DNA of 63,742 nucleotides, filler included, from Conidiobolus incongruus B7586 (taxonomy: Eukaryota): assembly GCA_000697335.1 (NCBI GenBank). It is 8 parts of 8 records of this genome, joined end to end, with 100 filler letters (N's around TTAATTAATTAA, not from the genome) between each part and the next. Parts side by side here need not be neighbours in the genome. Positions count along the whole stretch, not along the records: positions 25,716 to 32,707 come from JNEM01006193.1; positions 32,808 to 37,362 come from JNEM01006194.1; positions 37,463 to 43,585 come from JNEM01006196.1; 5 more parts are not named here. One strand, written 5' to 3'. The translations under genes were made by a program, and so were the position numbers. The notes under the pieces are model-generated. The model saw nothing but the letters and a program-made list of their open reading frames with translations. It searched no databases and was not told the origin of the DNA. Shown piece by piece: positions 26,131-41,100 of this stretch (its first letter is position 1; every line of letters begins with the position of its first letter).

Positions 26131-27257
26131 ATATATTAAACTTCAGCCTTTAATAAAAAGAATTATTTTTAAGTCTTAGAAGTTTACTATTAGTAAAAAG
26201 TTACTAGTAATAAAAAAGAGTATTAATTTTTTATTTTATTTTTTTTATATGTTATATATAAAAAGTTGATTTTTTTTTCAATTATAAAAATTCCCATTAT
26301 TTAAATTACAAAATAATAATTCTGATCAAAAAGCAGTAAATTATAAAATATTTACAAAAAAAATCTTATACAACAAAATAAATTCAGATCAACAAATGCA
26401 AATTGTTTATCAATTATAATAATTGAAAATAAAAATTGAATAAATATAAATAATGGATATAATATTTTATAAAAAAGGGAAAAGAAAACAAGTAGTACGC
26501 TTAATTTACAAATTGATTTTCTAATTTATTTAGATTCTGTTAAATATTTGTGATATTATTTATATATGAACAGAGTTTATTTTTAATATGACAAATTTTA
26601 TTAGGAATATATTATCATTATACTTTGTATTAGAAAGTAAATATATTAAATATATATCAATAATACCAAATTTTAAAATATTAATTGGCAAAAACAAAAT
26701 TAGTAATATTTGGTTTAGTTATGTTCTTAAATTGGCGATTACTAAAATTATACGAATATAAAAACAGATTAGAATATGAAAAAAAATTGATCTAAATTTC
26801 AAGTTTTTAATGTTATAAATTAAAGTAAAATTTAGAATAATAATTTAATGTTGGATTGATATGATTGATGAGTTGGAGAAAAATCTATTGATCATAATTA
26901 AATGATGAAATATGAAATTAACTTTTGATACTCTAATGCAAAATGAAGGGAATACGAACGCTAGAAAGATTATATACTGGTAATTTAGCAAGCAATTGGG
27001 GTTGAGCTTGTTTTAGAGACTGCACTAAACAGAATAAGAACTATCTAACCCATAGATTGAACACGTGTGGGTTGGGAGGATGGCGGGAGAAAGTGAGGTG
27101 TTGACAGAATAATGATGAGGATAGATTGTATTGGATAAATTGTATTTTATTAAATGTTACCAAGTTAATTGAGAATGATCCAGTGATTATTTTAAGGGTA
27201 TGACTATGCAAATGTATTCCAATACAACCCATATGAGAATAGATAGTTGAAAGCAAA

Positions 27258-28946
27258 TTAGTATGATGGTGGGCAATTATCTATACGCCGTTGGAGATAG
27301 TCCCTCCATTCGGCTTCTTCTTGAGCTTTAGAGACCTTTTCGAATCTGAGAACTCCATCCCTACGTAATCTGTAAATGGTACCAAAGAATCGGAATCTAA
27401 AAATTTCGCCAGGGACTCTAGGTAACAAGCGATCAATGACTGTTGTTCTCAAGAAGAAGAGGACACACCATCCAACGACTACAATACCAAAAATCCACCA
27501 AACATTCTTATTATATACCCAAGGGTTCTTTTTAGTGTATTGTCCATGGATAAGATCATTGTAAACAGCAGTGAAAATAAGACCACCACCAACACCAGCA
27601 AGAGACCAAGCAGTCAAAATTACACCATGGCATGCACCAATGTTTTTAGGACCAAACATATCAGTTAAGAATGCTGGAATGACACCAAAACCACCTCCGT
27701 AAGATGCAGTGAGAATAAACATGGTGAATAAGAAAGCCCAATAAGTCTGAGTGGTTGTAATTGTAGAAAAGCATCCGAGAATAATGACTTGACATGTCAA
27801 CATAATGATGTAACAGTTCTTTCTACCTAAATAATCGGAAGCAACAGAGAAAATCAGACGACCTGCAAGATTGGCACCACCATTGATAGAAACAATAGTA
27901 CTGGCTTCTTCAGGGCTACGGTCAAACAGATCAGTAATCATATTAGAGAGACGAGAAATAACGACTAAACCAAAAATGGAGTTGGCAAAGAACATAATAT
28001 ACATCAAGCGGAATTCAGTTGATGTTAATGATTCAATTAAAGTCAATTTGATAGCTTTAGAACTGTCTGAGGAATTCTGGTTGGCGATAACAGCGTCGTC
28101 AGTGACAGTAACACCTTCTTCCTTGACTTGAGGAGAAGGAACAACACTTGGAGCTATAGTGAAACCAGGTGGAGGAATTCTCAAGACCATAGCACAGAGA
28201 ATCATAAGAACAAAGTAAACACATCCGAACACAACAAATGTCAATGGAAGGTCGACAGCTTGAATTAAAGGTAAAATAATTTTACCAACAGCGATGGAAC
28301 CAGCACCGAAACCGCATACAGCCAAACCTGAAGCTAAACCACGACGATCAGGGAACCATTTTTGTAAACAGGATACCGGAGAAATATAGCAAAGACCAAG
28401 ACCATAACCACCAACAACACCATACCCAATGAATACAAGCCAGATCTGCTTTGTGTAAATTGCAAGTGCAGTAAGAAGATTACCAATGAAGAATAGAGTT
28501 GTTCCTACGGTACATGCAAAACCAGGTCCATGACGTTCTAACCAGGGCCCCATAATAGCAGCAGATGTACCAAATAAACCAACAGCAATATAGAAGGTAA
28601 TAGGGGCCATAGCTTGATCACTGCCATAAATATAAATATCTATAGGCTTGTTAAAAACACTCCAAGCGTACAGAGAGCCACAGCAGAATTGGATAATGAG
28701 GGCAGCGGGCATACTGTACCAACGGTTGAATTTGACACCAGGTAAGAGCCATTCTTCACGTTTCAAAGTTTTTTCTGAGCGAATATACTCAGATTCACGG
28801 TAGTGCTTTTGAACGAGGCGTAAGAGAAAATTGGGCTGAGGACCAATATTAGTAGACTCCTGTTGATTCACTCCTGAATAGTACAAAGGAAGTTTAGTTA
28901 AATCATACTAATAATTGATAGTTGGATGAATACCTTTTTCATTCAT
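27258..28946 (-). CDS. MFS transporter, oxalate/formate antiporter (OFA)-like
   Basis: Exon 1 is 28946-28934, intron 28933-28874. Motifs GSLYAWSVF, KWFPDRRGLASGLAVCGFGAG, SDYLGRK, YGGGFGVIPAFLTDMFG; about 12 TM segments. Confidence 0.9.
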
Positions 28947-31900
28947 TATTCCTGATGTAATATTATCACTAATTTAATTATATAATAAAATAATAAGATA
29001 ATATGAAATTAGATTATAATGAATAAATAGATCCTTGTTATTGGGATCAAATTAAAAAAATAAACAACAGATTGTTGATGATGAGAGAATACAGATTAAG
29101 CGTATTTATACATCAAAGAAATCAATTTAATTAACGATTATCAAAGTCTTAAATTGATTTTAATTCATAGTCAGGTTAAATGAAATTTTAGGGAGTGTGG
29201 AGTAAACTAAAAACAGTTAAAGATTAATGGGGGATATAAAATTTTTAATTTTGATTATTTACAAATCAATTCGTAAATTTTTAATAAATCAATTTATTAT
29301 CCAATAGGTTTATTATGAAATTGTATAATACCTTATTTAGAGAGGTATTGTATATGAATTGTAGAGTATATTTCAGCATATTTGAAAAGATCATTAAAAT
29401 TTAAATAATAATATCATTTATATGGATTTTAAGATGATATTGATTTTAATATTTGATCAGTAATTATCATTCACATAGATCTGAATCTAAATATATCACA
29501 ACTTGTAAGATATAATATTATATTAAACATATAGCATAAATGAATTGTAATCAAATATCCACCTTATAGAGTTAAACAATGATCTAAACAATTTATATAA
29601 CTTAATGAAATAATTGTGTTCAAATAGATTTTAGAATTGAAATTTATCCCAACAGAAATATAAATAAATTATGAAATAAAACATATGGAGGATAACCCCA
29701 CAACCTCGGCTTTTTTTAAATATCAATAAATATAAATAATCATTGAAATTTTTTTTAAAATTGTCAGCTAATCCATACCACAATAGTGCGAAATATGTGA
29801 TGATTAGCATATAATTTTCGGGAATATTCTGACAAATAAATTACGAGTACTGCCTTTATATGAGTATTTGAAGTTAGGTTCCAGCAATTTGATTTCTAAC
29901 AATTACATTATTTCATTCAAAAATATCAGGAACACTAAAAACTTGGCAATTGCTTAATTATCTTTTTGCAAATAAAACAATACAATTTGATAATATATAA
30001 CAATTATTTGTTTACCGATCATTTGATCCTTGATGCCCCTATTTTCCCCAAAATGGCAGTTATATTAATTTTTACTTGATTAATTCAACTTTGAAAAAAA
30101 AATTTTGGTTTACATGAGGTTAATAATTAAAATATAAAAAAGTTGAATTGAATATAAAAGCGCATAATAATCAATAGAAAATTTCAATCTTCTTATATGA
30201 ATACTTTCTAATCATTATACAATATTCAACTAGATACCTTGAATTAAAGGCAATACAGAAGTAAGGTACAGTACCTAGTTATCAAATGGCATAAGTAATG
30301 ATATACACCTTTGATCCAAATTATGGTTAATCAATTAATATATTGAAAATCTTAAATTTTTAATTATAATAATATTGAACAATTAAACATCTAATGACAT
30401 TCTGAAAATTTTTGAAGTGTTTACATATTATTACTATATTATAATTATTGTTCAAATAGAATAATGTCAATAATATAATAATAATTCTGATTAGATATAT
30501 TTAATCTGTCAAGCTCATTTTAATCACGTGCTTGATATCTTTGTAACCATAAATTTTACAAAATAAGGCATAAAACTGAGGTTAACATTTGTAATTTTAT
30601 CAATTTTTTGCATATAATATTGAATTAAAATAACATTATAAAACCTTCATAATATTTTTATATTTTATTAACTAATAATCTTTTACTTGTTGTAGATTAG
30701 CTATTAAAAAAGTTGTAATTTTTGAATTATTTAATATTAAATTATTTTTTATAATTGTAATATTAATTCATTTAATAAAATTTCCAATTGTTTTCATATT
30801 TTAAAAAAATCATATTATAATGAAGTTGATTTAAAAAATTTTCAAAAAAATTAACTAATTACCTCTCTTTTTGTATTCTAGTTTTCCAAATTTCAAAAAT
30901 AAATCAGAATATCATTTAATAATAATTAATATCTTGAAAAAAATTGATGAATTTCAACTTTTTTAAGGTACACTAGAAAATTGATAATGGATTTATTAAA
31001 TTTCATTAACCACCCATTTTTATTATGAAAATAATAGAATTATACTTGATAGATAATGAATTTAATATTTTGAATTTTTCCATATTATAGGTTGCCTACT
31101 TTTGAATTTTAAAATTTATCAATTCAAAGTTATGAATTCAAAATTAAATCTATAATATTGATGAGATGAGCATTATAGAATCATCTATTCAATTTTAAAT
31201 ATATATCTATTAACTAAATTAATATTTATTTAGAGAAATATATTGTGAATCGATTTTGTTCTTATGATGTAACTAACTGATATTTTAAGCTCAATTCATT
31301 AATATTATTTACCAACTATGCATGTTATCATTTGCCTTGATTATCACATACTATACCAACAGTACATTAACCATGTAATATTTCTTAATTCTTCAAATGA
31401 TAAGGACGAAATCAATTTTCAATTAAATGGTATTTAAGCCACTTGAGACACATTTTGATTATGATCATTTTGTACTTGTCATTACATCAAATAATCAGAC
31501 CCTAATAATGAAAATAGTCATATGATTTTCAAGTATAAAATCATTCATCTAGTCATATGTCTATTCAAAGTCATTCTTTCATACACGAAAAGATAAAATT
31601 AAATTCTTAACCTATAGTATTTAACAATTGATTGATTGGTACAAAAAGAATAATTTCGGCTAAAATGATCTATATAAAAGATAATATCTATTAATTAATA
31701 ATTGATTTATCTTTAATACTGATTATTATCCGTTTATTTTAACAAATTTATTACATATTTTAAAAGAATATTTTATATCCATTCTACAACTTTTAACCAG
31801 ATGATCATGAAATGGATCATATTGAAGTCTGATGAATACTAAAACCAGTATAAGTATAAAAACTTTCAATTTAAAATTTATTTCGAAAATATTGGTGACT

Positions 31901-32707
31901 ATGATTTCTAGATTATTTCTATTTCATTTATTCATTAGTAAATCTGATAATTAATCATTTTAATTTTAATTCTATATGTCAGTTTTATTGATGTTAAAGG
32001 AGTCATTGTCTAATTTTATTACCTACATGTGGATTAATAAACCAATAGCTATTTTTAAATTTGTTTATCCTTATAATTACTCAAAGTCAATATGAATGAA
32101 AACCAGGTACCTGAAATAAGAATTATACAATATAATTTTCAACGATAATATGTTAATAAAAATTTTGAAATTAATGAATCGACAATATATTTATTACAAA
32201 TAAGATTAAATACCCTTATTCCTAATTTAAAATAAAAAAGTAAATATATGAAGATCTCTTTCAAGCCTTATAAATAACGTTATTTAATGATATATTGTCA
32301 TAAAGGCAAAAGATCAAGAGTGAAATAATAAAAAAATAAAGTCTATTGTATATTGCATGAAAATCACACTTAATATTAAACCCTTATATATTTTCAAATT
32401 ATATATTAAAATACACTTTCATTGAATTACTTGGTATAATTATTATATTAATTTATTAACAAAATTTATCTATTTAAAATATAATTATTATTTTATTTAT
32501 TTATATTAATTTTTAATTTTTGATTAAAAATATATAATAATATTAAATTATTATTATTCGTTTAAAATTTTGATAATATTTTATTATAAAACTTAAAATA
32601 AAAATTATAATCTATTTTTAGCATTAAAAAATTATTTAGATTAATTTAAATAAATTCAAAATATTCAAGTTAAGTGAAAAAAGTTTTTTAATAATCAGTT
32701 TATTTTA

Positions 32708-32807
32708 NNNNNNNNNNNNNNNNNNNNNNNNNNNNNNNNNNNNNNNNNNNNTTAATTAATTAANNNNNNNNNNNNNNNNNNNNNNNNNNNNNNNNNNNNN
32801 NNNNNNN
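32708..32807. other. Artificial contig spacer
   Basis: N44-TTAATTAATTAA-N44. Confidence 0.97.
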
Positions 32808-34003
32808 AATTATAAAAAAGATAAATTAATTTGTGATATTATTAGAATTATTAATGTTAGTTAATTTACTATAGCTAAAGTTATTAAGAATAATAATAAA
32901 AAAACATTTAAATTTAAATTTAAATATATTAAAATTATAAATAAATATAATAAGAAGTATATTTATAAGTTAGTTAATATAAAAAAATATAATATTATTG
33001 TAGAAATATAATAGAAACTATAAAACTATATAAAAATATTAGTTAACACTAATACTATTATATATACTTTATATTAACATAGATATCACTTATATTTTAA
33101 GAAAAAACACCTTTAACTAAAGAAATCCTATTATAAAACTAAATAAAAGTTTAAATGTTATTATTAATATTAAACTAAAACTAAATAGAATAAGGTTATT
33201 TAGTTTAATAAAACAAAAATATACTTTAGTAAATTTAATAAAAAAACTAAATACTTTAGAAAAGATATAAAACTACTTTGTGATTATTATATTAATTTTA
33301 CCTAAAAGTATAATAATAGGTTAATTATTATTTAAAGATATATATTATCTTTAGGTATAAAATATCTTTATAAAAATAATAAAGGAATTAATATTAAAAT
33401 ACACTAAAGTATTTTAAATAATAAATTAAAAAAAACTATTGAATAATATAGGTTAAATAAATCTAATGTTATTTTCTAATAAGATAATATTTCTTATTAT
33501 ACTATAACATCTATTACTAAATAACTTAAAAATAATAAGATAATAGTTATAAAGTAGTTTTTTTAATCTCTTAACCTTAATCTAATTAAATACCTTTAGG
33601 ATTAATTAAAAAAAGCTATTAAAGTTTTCCCCCCAGTAAAAAATTTAGATCAACTTTAAAAATATATTTAAGAAGTATAAAACAAGATCAACTTTTTTTA
33701 ATATAAGAAGTTAATTGATTTTATACCTTATAAACTTAAAGAAGTTAGAAAAGTTAAAGGTAGATATACTAAGATTTAATTTTTTTTATCACTAAAAACC
33801 TATAAATTTCTAACTCACCTTAAATAAAATTTAAAGATTTATATTTTAGCTAATAAATAAATAAATATTATCATTTAATAATATATATAATTAATAAATA
33901 TAATAGATTTTAATTATTTAAGTTTATTTTATTAAATATTAATTAAGTTGTTAGTAAAAATATAAATGTTTTTAATTTTATAACTTACTTTTATAAGTTA
34001 ATA
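32808..34003 (+). mobile_element. Tc1/mariner (DD34E) DNA transposon, hypermutated, 5' end in gap
   Basis: 33468-33610 reads VIF**DN...K*FF*SLNLNLIKYL*D*LK. Reversing only C>T/G>A changes restores VIFQQDN...KWPPQSPDLNPIEHLWDQLK. Exactly 34 codons lie between D (33483) and the E position (33588). C-terminus KGRYTKI* at ~33779; TIR-like end at 33984-34003 followed by TA. Confidence 0.88.
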
Positions 34004-37000
34004 TATATTTATTTATTATTTATCTATTAATACTTTATCTGTTAACTTTAATAAATTTATATCTAATAACCACTTCTTATACAATATAATAAATTAATTT
34101 GCTAATGTTTTTAAACTTATAGATAAATTACCTTTTAAATATAATATTAAATATAATATTAAATTATTCCCTAGTATACAATTATATTTAAAATTTATTT
34201 ACTATTTATCTCTTAAATAATATTAAACTTTAAAAGAAAAAATCTAAAAATATTTAAAAATGGGTATATTAAACCTTTTTCCTCACTATAGAAATTTTTA
34301 ATTCTCTTTGTAAAAAAAGCTAATGGTAGTTAAAGATTATAAATTAACAATTATATTTTAAATTCTAAAATTATTAAAGATAAAACCCTATTACTAAACC
34401 TATATAATATTAAAGATAAACTACTTAAATCAACTATATTTACTAAATTAAATATTAAGAATAGATATTATAACATTAAATTTGAAGAAAATTTTATCCC
34501 TTTAACTACTTTTAATATTTTTTTAAGCTACTATAAATTTATAGTTATAAACTTTAAATTATATAATATCCCTGTAACTTTTACTTAATTCATCAATTCC
34601 CTTTTTAACCCTGTTTTTAATAACTTTATTAATATTTGCTTTAATAATATTTTAATCTATTTAAAAACTAAAAAAGAATATATTTAATATATAAATTAAA
34701 TTTTATAAATTATTCAAGAATATAAATTACCTTTAAATTATCAAAATACATCTTTAGTGCTTTTTCTATCTCTTTCTATAGTTATATTGTTTTTTTTAAA
34801 GAATTAATATTAATCCAACTAAACTCAATAATGTTAAAGCTTTTATTATATCTATAAATAAAAATCAGTTTATGTTTATACTTAGATTATTAAATTACTT
34901 TAAAGATTTCATTGATTTTTTTGTTGAACTTATTATTCTTTTTACTAATCTCTTAAGGAAAAACTCTTTTTTTGAATAAACCCTACTATATACTTTTTAC
35001 ATAAATGCTTTGATTTTCTATATTACCAATGCTTTTATTTTATTTATCTTTAATCTAAAACTACTTATTATTATTTTTACTAACTCTAATTCTTTTGTAA
35101 TTAGTAGATAATTTGCTTATTTTGAATTTAATTTATATTTTACCCTTTAACTATAAGATAAGATAATAAATAAAAGAGAATAAGTTAAGTTTAACCTTGT
35201 AAATATTACCTTAAAACTAATAATATTCTAGTTAAGAAAAATAAAACCAATTAAATTAAAATATCTAGTTTATAAATAAAAACTTTTTGCTTTGGTAGAA
35301 ATAATTAAAATCATTTATATTTTTTATTTTATAATCTTTTCTTAATATTTACAGATTATAAATTACTTATCTGCTTAAATATTTAGAAGTATTTATTAAG
35401 AAAATAAGTTAAATAGATTAAAATTATCTAAGCTTACCTTTTTTTATTTAATATCTTTTAGGTTAATAAAATTATATTATAGATACCTTATTAAAAAATC
35501 TTACATATTTATCTTTTTGTTTTAATTATAAAAACCCAGCAAATATTAACTTAATGATTATTAATAAAGGAAATAAAGAATTTATTAAACTATTTTAAAA
35601 AACATTACCAAATAATAATTTTTTTATATTAGTTAAAGAAAAACTCTTTAAACTATTAGAAAACTAATTAAAATATATCAAAAAATTTAAAATTATTAAT
35701 AACTTATTATATTATAATAATTATCTATATATTCCTAATATTCTTAAGATTTAAAAAATAATATTTAATGAATATTATAATTTACCTGTTAGAAAACATT
35801 AAAACTAATTAAAAACTGCTGAGAGAATAAAAATAAAGTATTACTAACTTTCCTTAGTTAAATTAGTTTAGAAATACATTAATACTTATAATATATATTA
35901 AAGAACTAAATATAGTACTCAACTAAAATATAGTAAACTTATTCCTCTATAAGTCTTTAATAAAACTTAGCAACAAATCCAACTTAATTTCATAGAAATC
36001 TTTAAATCAACAAATAATTATAGTAACTTACTAATTATAATTGATTTATTTTCTAAATATATTTATTTTATTCCTTGTTTCAAAACTTCTATAGTTAAAG
36101 ATATTACACAATTATTATTTTTTAATACCTTTACCTATTATAGAATTCCACAAACTATTATATCTAACAAAGATATACAATTCAACTTTTGATTTTAGAA
36201 GTTACTATCTTTTTCCTTTAAGATTAATCTAACTATATCTACTTCTAATTATTATTAAATTAATAAACTTATTGAAAAGACTATTAAAACTTTAAAATAA
36301 ATAATTAAAACTTATGTTAATATTAATTAGTTGAATTAAGATACTTATATCTACTAACTCTAATATTTATTCAACACCTCTATTAATAAATTAAGAAGTT
36401 TTAGCCTTTATTTCATTAATTATTGTAAATATCCTAACTTAATAACTGCTTTAAAACTCTAAATCAATTTATCTTTAGATATTGTTGAATTTTAATCTAA
36501 TATCAAGTATATTAATTCCCTTATTAAATTTAACTTAAAAGAAAATTAAAGAATTATAGAATAACAATACTTAAAGTTATCTAGAAATCCTTTTAAATAT
36601 AAAATTAATATGTTTATATATTTAGAACAATCTACCTTTAAACCTACCCTATTTAAATCTAGCTTAAATCCAAAATACTTACTATTATATTATAATCTTT
36701 ATAAGATTTAATTTATTGATTTAAATTTTGAAAATATTATCTTAGAATTACCTCTAACTTTAAAAATCAACCTTACCTTTTATATATCCAAAATTAAACT
36801 ATATTTTAAAGATTTTAATATTTTTCTTAATTAATTAAAAGCTTTAAAACTAGATCTAATTATTAATTAAGATAGAAAAGAAAAATACTATGTTGATTAT
36901 ATAATTAAATCTTAATTTGTTAGGAATAAGCTTTATTTTTATATAAAATAGATGGGTTATCCTATTAAAGAAGTTATATAAGAACCCTTAGAAAATATTA

Positions 37001-37362
37001 AGAATATTTAAGCTTATTATACCTATTTGCAAAAATTTAAAGAGTATGTCTTCTTTAAGAAATTTACTAAGGGAGTATTAAAAGACTAGTTTTTTAAATT
37101 CTTATATATATTTCTTTATAATTTAATTAACTATAAATTATATAATTAAATAATATTTTTATAACTAAATTAATTATATAAATAATATTAAATTATCTAA
37201 TAAATTAGTTTTTTTCCCTTTTAATTCTTTTTATTTTTTATCTTTTATATTATTTTTAAAATTAAGTTTATATTTTATTAATATTATAATATATTGATGA
37301 TTCATTTTAATTTAAAGCTTAATTAAACTTTATTTATATCTTCATATTATTTTTTATTTTAT
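34004..37362 (+). mobile_element. Ty3/Gypsy chromovirus copy A (RT-RNaseH-integrase-chromodomain plus part of the 3' LTR), hypermutated
   Basis: Relics ILFVKKAxGS*RL (~34300-34340), YLDD position at 34637-34648 and chromodomain K*MGYP...*EPLENI (~36945-37000). PPT aagggag then LTR from 37076. Reverse-complement homologue of copy B (~37835-41190). Confidence 0.9.
37076..37362 (+). repeat. 3' LTR of Gypsy copy A, truncated by gap
   Basis: Starts tattaaaagactag immediately after the polypurine tract and matches the other LTRs. Confidence 0.85.
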
Positions 37363-37462
37363 NNNNNNNNNNNNNNNNNNNNNNNNNNNNNNNNNNNNNN
37401 NNNNNNTTAATTAATTAANNNNNNNNNNNNNNNNNNNNNNNNNNNNNNNNNNNNNNNNNNNN
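37363..37462. other. Artificial contig spacer
   Basis: N44-TTAATTAATTAA-N44. Confidence 0.97.
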
Positions 37463-37721
37463 TACAAAAATATTAATGAAGTTATTAGATTAAGTTAAAT
37501 TAACTCCTTTTATAAATACTTTTAAATAATTATTATATTAATAAATAAATATTAATTATCCTTATAAATTATAATAATATATGCTATTCTTATTTAATTT
37601 TTAAAAGAAAATTAATTAATAATAAACTTTAAATTGTTTTTTTAAAAAAATTATTTTTAGTTAGTATTTTAAATATAATTTAAAAAAATATTAATTTATA
37701 TAATAATTATATAATATATAT
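37463..37721. repeat. Left part of host repeat interrupted by Gypsy copy B
   Basis: Colinear with 25716-25968. Confidence 0.7.
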
Positions 37722-38120
37722 TATAAGTATAATGGTAGTTAAACTAATATAATATAGAGGAAAACTTAATATAAAAGTAATATGGTGTAGAGTGTAGTAA
37801 TAAAATATGGTTGTGATATGCAAGTATAAATAAAATTTAATTAAGCTTTAAACTGGGGTGAGTCACTGATATATTAAGATTTATATTAGGTAATGCTAAT
37901 ATACTATCATATTAATAGGAAGTAATTTTAATTTTAGAAGTAGTATAAGAGTAAAAAATAGTAAAAATTGAGAAGAAAAAGAAAAGCTTAATTTATTAGA
38001 TAATTCAATGCTATTTATATAATTAATTTAACTATATAAGTATAAATTAATCATATAATTTATAGTTAATTAAATTATATGAAAGTATATATAAGAATTT
38101 AAAGAATTAGTCTTTTAATA
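37722..38120 (-). repeat. 3' LTR of Gypsy copy B
   Basis: Direct repeat of 43021-43416, adjacent to the PPT. Confidence 0.9.
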
Positions 38121-41100
38121 CTCCCTTAGTAAGTTTTTTAAAAGAGATACACTCTTTAGATTTTTGCAAATAGGTATAGTAAGCTAAAGTATTCTTAATA
38201 TTTTCTAGGGGTTCTTATATAACTTTTTTAATATAATAACCTATTTATTTTATATAAAAATAAAACTTGTTCCTAATAGATTTAAATTTAATTATATAAT
38301 TAATATAGTATTCTTTTTCTCTATTTTAATTAATAATTAAATTTAATTTTAAAGCTTTTAATTGATTAAAAAAAGTATTAAAATCTTTAAAGTATAATTT
38401 AATTTTAGATATGTGAAAAGTAAAGTTGATCTTTAAAGTTAAAGATAATTCTAAAATAATATTTTTAAAATTTAAATCAATAGATTAAATTTTATAAGGA
38501 TTATAATATAATAATAAGTATTTTAAATTTAAGCTAGATTTAAATAAGGTAGGTTTAAGGGTAGATTGTTCTAAGTATACAAATATATTAATTTTATATT
38601 TAAGTGGATTTCTAAATAACTTTAAATATTGTTGTTCTATAATCCTTTAATTTTTTTCTAAGTTAAATTTAACAAGGGAATCAATATACTTGATATTAGA
38701 TTAAAATTTAATAATATTTAAAGATAAGTTGATTTAAAATTTTAAAGCAATTATTAAGTTAGGATGTTTATTATAATTAATGAAATAAAAGTTAAAACTT
38801 GTTGATTTATTGATAAAGATATTAAATAAATATTAAAGTTAGTAGATATAAGTATCTTAATTTAACTAATTAGTGTTAATATAAGCTTTAATTATTTGCT
38901 TTAGGTTTTTGATAGTTCTTTCAATAAATTTATTGGTTTAATAATGATTAATAGTAGATATAGTTAAGTTAACCTTAAAGGAAAAAGATAATAACTTCTA
39001 GAATTAAAAGTTGAATTATATATCTTTATTAGATATAATAGTTTATAAAATTCTATAGTAGGTAAAGATATTAGAGAATTATAATTATACAATATCTTTA
39101 ACTATAGAAGTTTTGAAATAAGGGATAAAATAAATATATTTAGAAAATGAATTAATTATAATTAATAAATTATTATAATTATTTGTTGATTTAAAAATTT
39201 CTATAGAATTAAATTAGATTTGTTATTAAGTTTTATTAGAAACTTCTAAAAGAATAAGTTTATTATATTTTAGTTAAGTATTATATTTAATTCTTTAGCA
39301 TATATCACAGGTATTAGTGTATTTCTAAACTAATTTAATTAGGGAAGGTTAGTAATACTTTATTTTAATTCTTTTAACAATTTTTAACTAGTTTTAATAT
39401 CTTCTAATAAATAAATTATAGTAATCATTAAATATTGTTTATTAAATCTTAAGAATATTAAGAACATATAGATAATTATTATAATATAGTAGGTTATTGA
39501 TAATTTTAAATCTTTTAACATATTTTAATTAGTTTTCTAATTATTTAAAGAGTTTTTCTTTAATTAAAATAAAGAAATTATTATTTGGTAGTGTTTTTTA
39601 AAGTAGTTTAATAAATTTTTTATTTCCTTTATTAATAATTATTAAGTTAATATTTGCTGGGTTTTTATAATTAAAATAAAAAAATAGATATATAAGATTT
39701 TTTAATAAGGTATCTACAATATAATTTTATTAACCTAAAAGATATTAAATAAAGAAAAGGTAAGCTTAGATAATTTTAATCTATTTAACTTATCTATTTA
39801 ATAAATACTTTTAAGTATTTAAATAAATAAGTAATTTATATTTATAAATATTAGGAAAAAATTACAAAATAAGAAATATAAGTGATTTTTAATTATTTCT
39901 ACTAAAGTAAAAAGTTTTTATTTATAAACTAAGTATTTTAATTTAGCTGGTTTTATTTTTCTTAACTAGAATGTTATTAATTTTAAGGTAATATTTATAA
40001 AGTTAAATTTAACTTATTCTCCCTTATTTATTATTATATCTTATAGTTAAAAAGTAAAATATAAATTAAATTTAAATTAGGTTAACTATCTACTAATTAT
40101 AAAAAAACTAGTGTTAGTAAAAATAATAGTAGGTAGTTTTAAATTAAATATAGATAAAGTAAAAGCATTAATAATATAGAAAATTAAAATATTTATATAA
40201 AAAGTATATAGTAGGGTTTATTCAAAAAAAGTTTTTCTTTAAGAGATTAGTAAGAAAAGTAGTAAGTTCAATAAAAAAATCAATGAAATTTTTAAAGTAA
40301 TTGAATAATCTAAGTATAAATATAAACTAATCTTTGTTTATAGTTATAATAAAAACTTTAACACTATTAAGTTTAATTAGATTAATATTAATTCCTTAAA
40401 AAGAAATAATATAACTATAAAAAAAATAGAAAAGATACTAAAGATATATTTTAATAGTTTTAAAAATAATTTATATTCTTGAATAATTTATAAAACTTAA
40501 TTAACATATTAAATATATTCTTCTTTAGTTTTTAAATAGATTAAGATATTATTAAGGTAAGTAATAATAAACTTATTAAAGATAAAGTTAAAAAAGGAAT
40601 TGATAAATTAAGTAAAAATTACAAGGGTTTTATATAATTTAAAGTTTATAATTATAAATTTATAGTAGCTTAAAAGTGTATTAAAAATAGTTAAAAGGAT
40701 AGAATTTTCTTCAACATTAATATTATAATATCTATTCCTAACATTTAATTTAATAAATATAATTGATTTAAGTAGTTTATCCTTAATATCATATAAGTTT
40801 AATAATAAAGTTTTATCCTTAATAGTTTTAAAGTTTAAAAAATAATTGTTAATATATAATTTTTAACCACCATTAACTGTTTTTACAAAGAAAATTAAAG
40901 ATCTTTATAGTAAAGAAAAAAGTTTAATATTTATTTTTAAGTAGTTTTTAGATTTTTTTTAAAGTTTAATATTATTCAAAAGATAAATGGTAAGTAAACT
41001 TTAAATATAATTATATACCAAAGAATAATTTAATTTTATATTTAATATTATATTTAAAAGGTAATTTATCTATAAGTTTAAAAACATTAGCAAATTAACT

